A stretch of DNA of 64,000 nucleotides. Origin: Mariniphaga sp. (GTDB lineage Bacteria; Bacteroidota; Bacteroidia; Bacteroidales; Prolixibacteraceae). The DNA is taken from the NCBI RefSeq assembly GCF_041687215.1, contig NZ_JAWLCI010000018.1, forward strand, positions 3,572 through 67,571, in the 5' to 3' direction. Both the position numbers and the translations under genes were made by a program. Under the pieces are notes generated by a model. It searched no databases. It was not told the DNA's origin and saw only the letters and a list, made by a program, of their open reading frames with translations. Numbering within the stretch: the first letter of the stretch is position 1; every line of letters begins with the position of its first letter. Positions 63,463-64,000 of this stretch are shown here, one piece after another.

Positions 63463-64000
63463 TTAATCATTATCTTTTTTTAGTAGCAAAAGCATGTCGT
63501 TTTCAAAATCGTGTTCAAACGCTATTCTGTTATTTTTCATACCAAAGTCGGCCAGTGAATATGTATTGGTTACCGGGTTAAACCATTCTGCTGTATATTT
63601 GAAACTCCCGGGATTGAACAATTCAACTTTTGCTTTTTCAGGAATATAGACAACAATGGTTTCGTCGCCGGGGGATTTCAACGCTGAAATCCAATGATTG
63701 TAAGTTTCGTTACCGGGCTGGTTCACCAAAATTTCGTTTGCCGGATAAAGGTTCCACCAGTCAAGTTTCTGAAAAAATCCGGCCAGGTAGCCCATTTGAA
63801 TGCTCCCGGGAAATTCGATGCTTTTCCGCCATCCGGTAACTCCTCCCTGGTCGCGGTGATTCAGTATCCGTTCGCCGGGCTGCAGCCAGGGCCAGATTCC
63901 ATTTGCACCGTAAGTAACTCCGGCAACGGGTGTGGCAAATAGACTCCAGTAACTGGCATTTCTGACATCTTTGGCAAAAATCCGAAATCCGATTTCCTCG
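63463..64000 (-). CDS. DUF4038 + collagen-binding-domain protein (5'-partial)
   Basis: Frame stays open upstream of 63795 and reads AGVTYGANGIW; C-terminal AEWFNP. Confidence 0.7.
   Translation of the reverse strand, partial: EEIGFRIFAKDVRNASYWSLFATPVAGVTYGANGIWPWLQPGERILNHRDQGGVTGWRKSIEFPGSIQMGYLAGFFQKLDWWNLYPANEILVNQPGNETYNHWISALKSPGDETIVVYIPEKAKVELFNPGSFKYTAEWFNPVTNTYSLADFGMKNNRIAFEHDFENDMLLLLKKDND

Overview
Bacteroidota chromosomal window; gene content resembles Prolixibacteraceae/Marinilabiliales (inference). It starts with housekeeping and envelope genes: S9/S41/C26/C40 peptidases, a sulfatase, a sorbosone dehydrogenase with cytochrome c, a PD40-OmpA protein, a 7TM-HD phosphodiesterase and an alcohol dehydrogenase. 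Next come a LytTR regulator with three tandem LytS-type kinases, one lacking its catalytic motifs, and a GH92. An accessory stretch at 28-37 kb holds a Y1/HUH (RAYT-like) transposase inside ~145-bp triple-palindrome arrays, an uncharacterised gene next to a 21-bp-period array, a type II R-M pair with a MerR-HTH-fused methylase, a group II intron 3' remnant and clpB. The most notable locus is a 5-gene operon at 37.2-44.0 kb: three signal-peptide proteins sharing a C-terminal P-x-T-x-x-I-x-x-D tail, a homologous anchor with a T9SS type-B CTD, and a PorP/SprF partner. This is a candidate T9SS-anchored, strand-exchange fimbria. A tRNA 3' fragment at 47.4 kb may mark an island edge. It is followed by a nonsense pseudogene, an AraC module with a shared operator, a DUF2961 glycosidase, a hybrid kinase-CheR-CheB cluster and DUF4038-like hydrolases. 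All calls come from motif reading only; no database searches were run.
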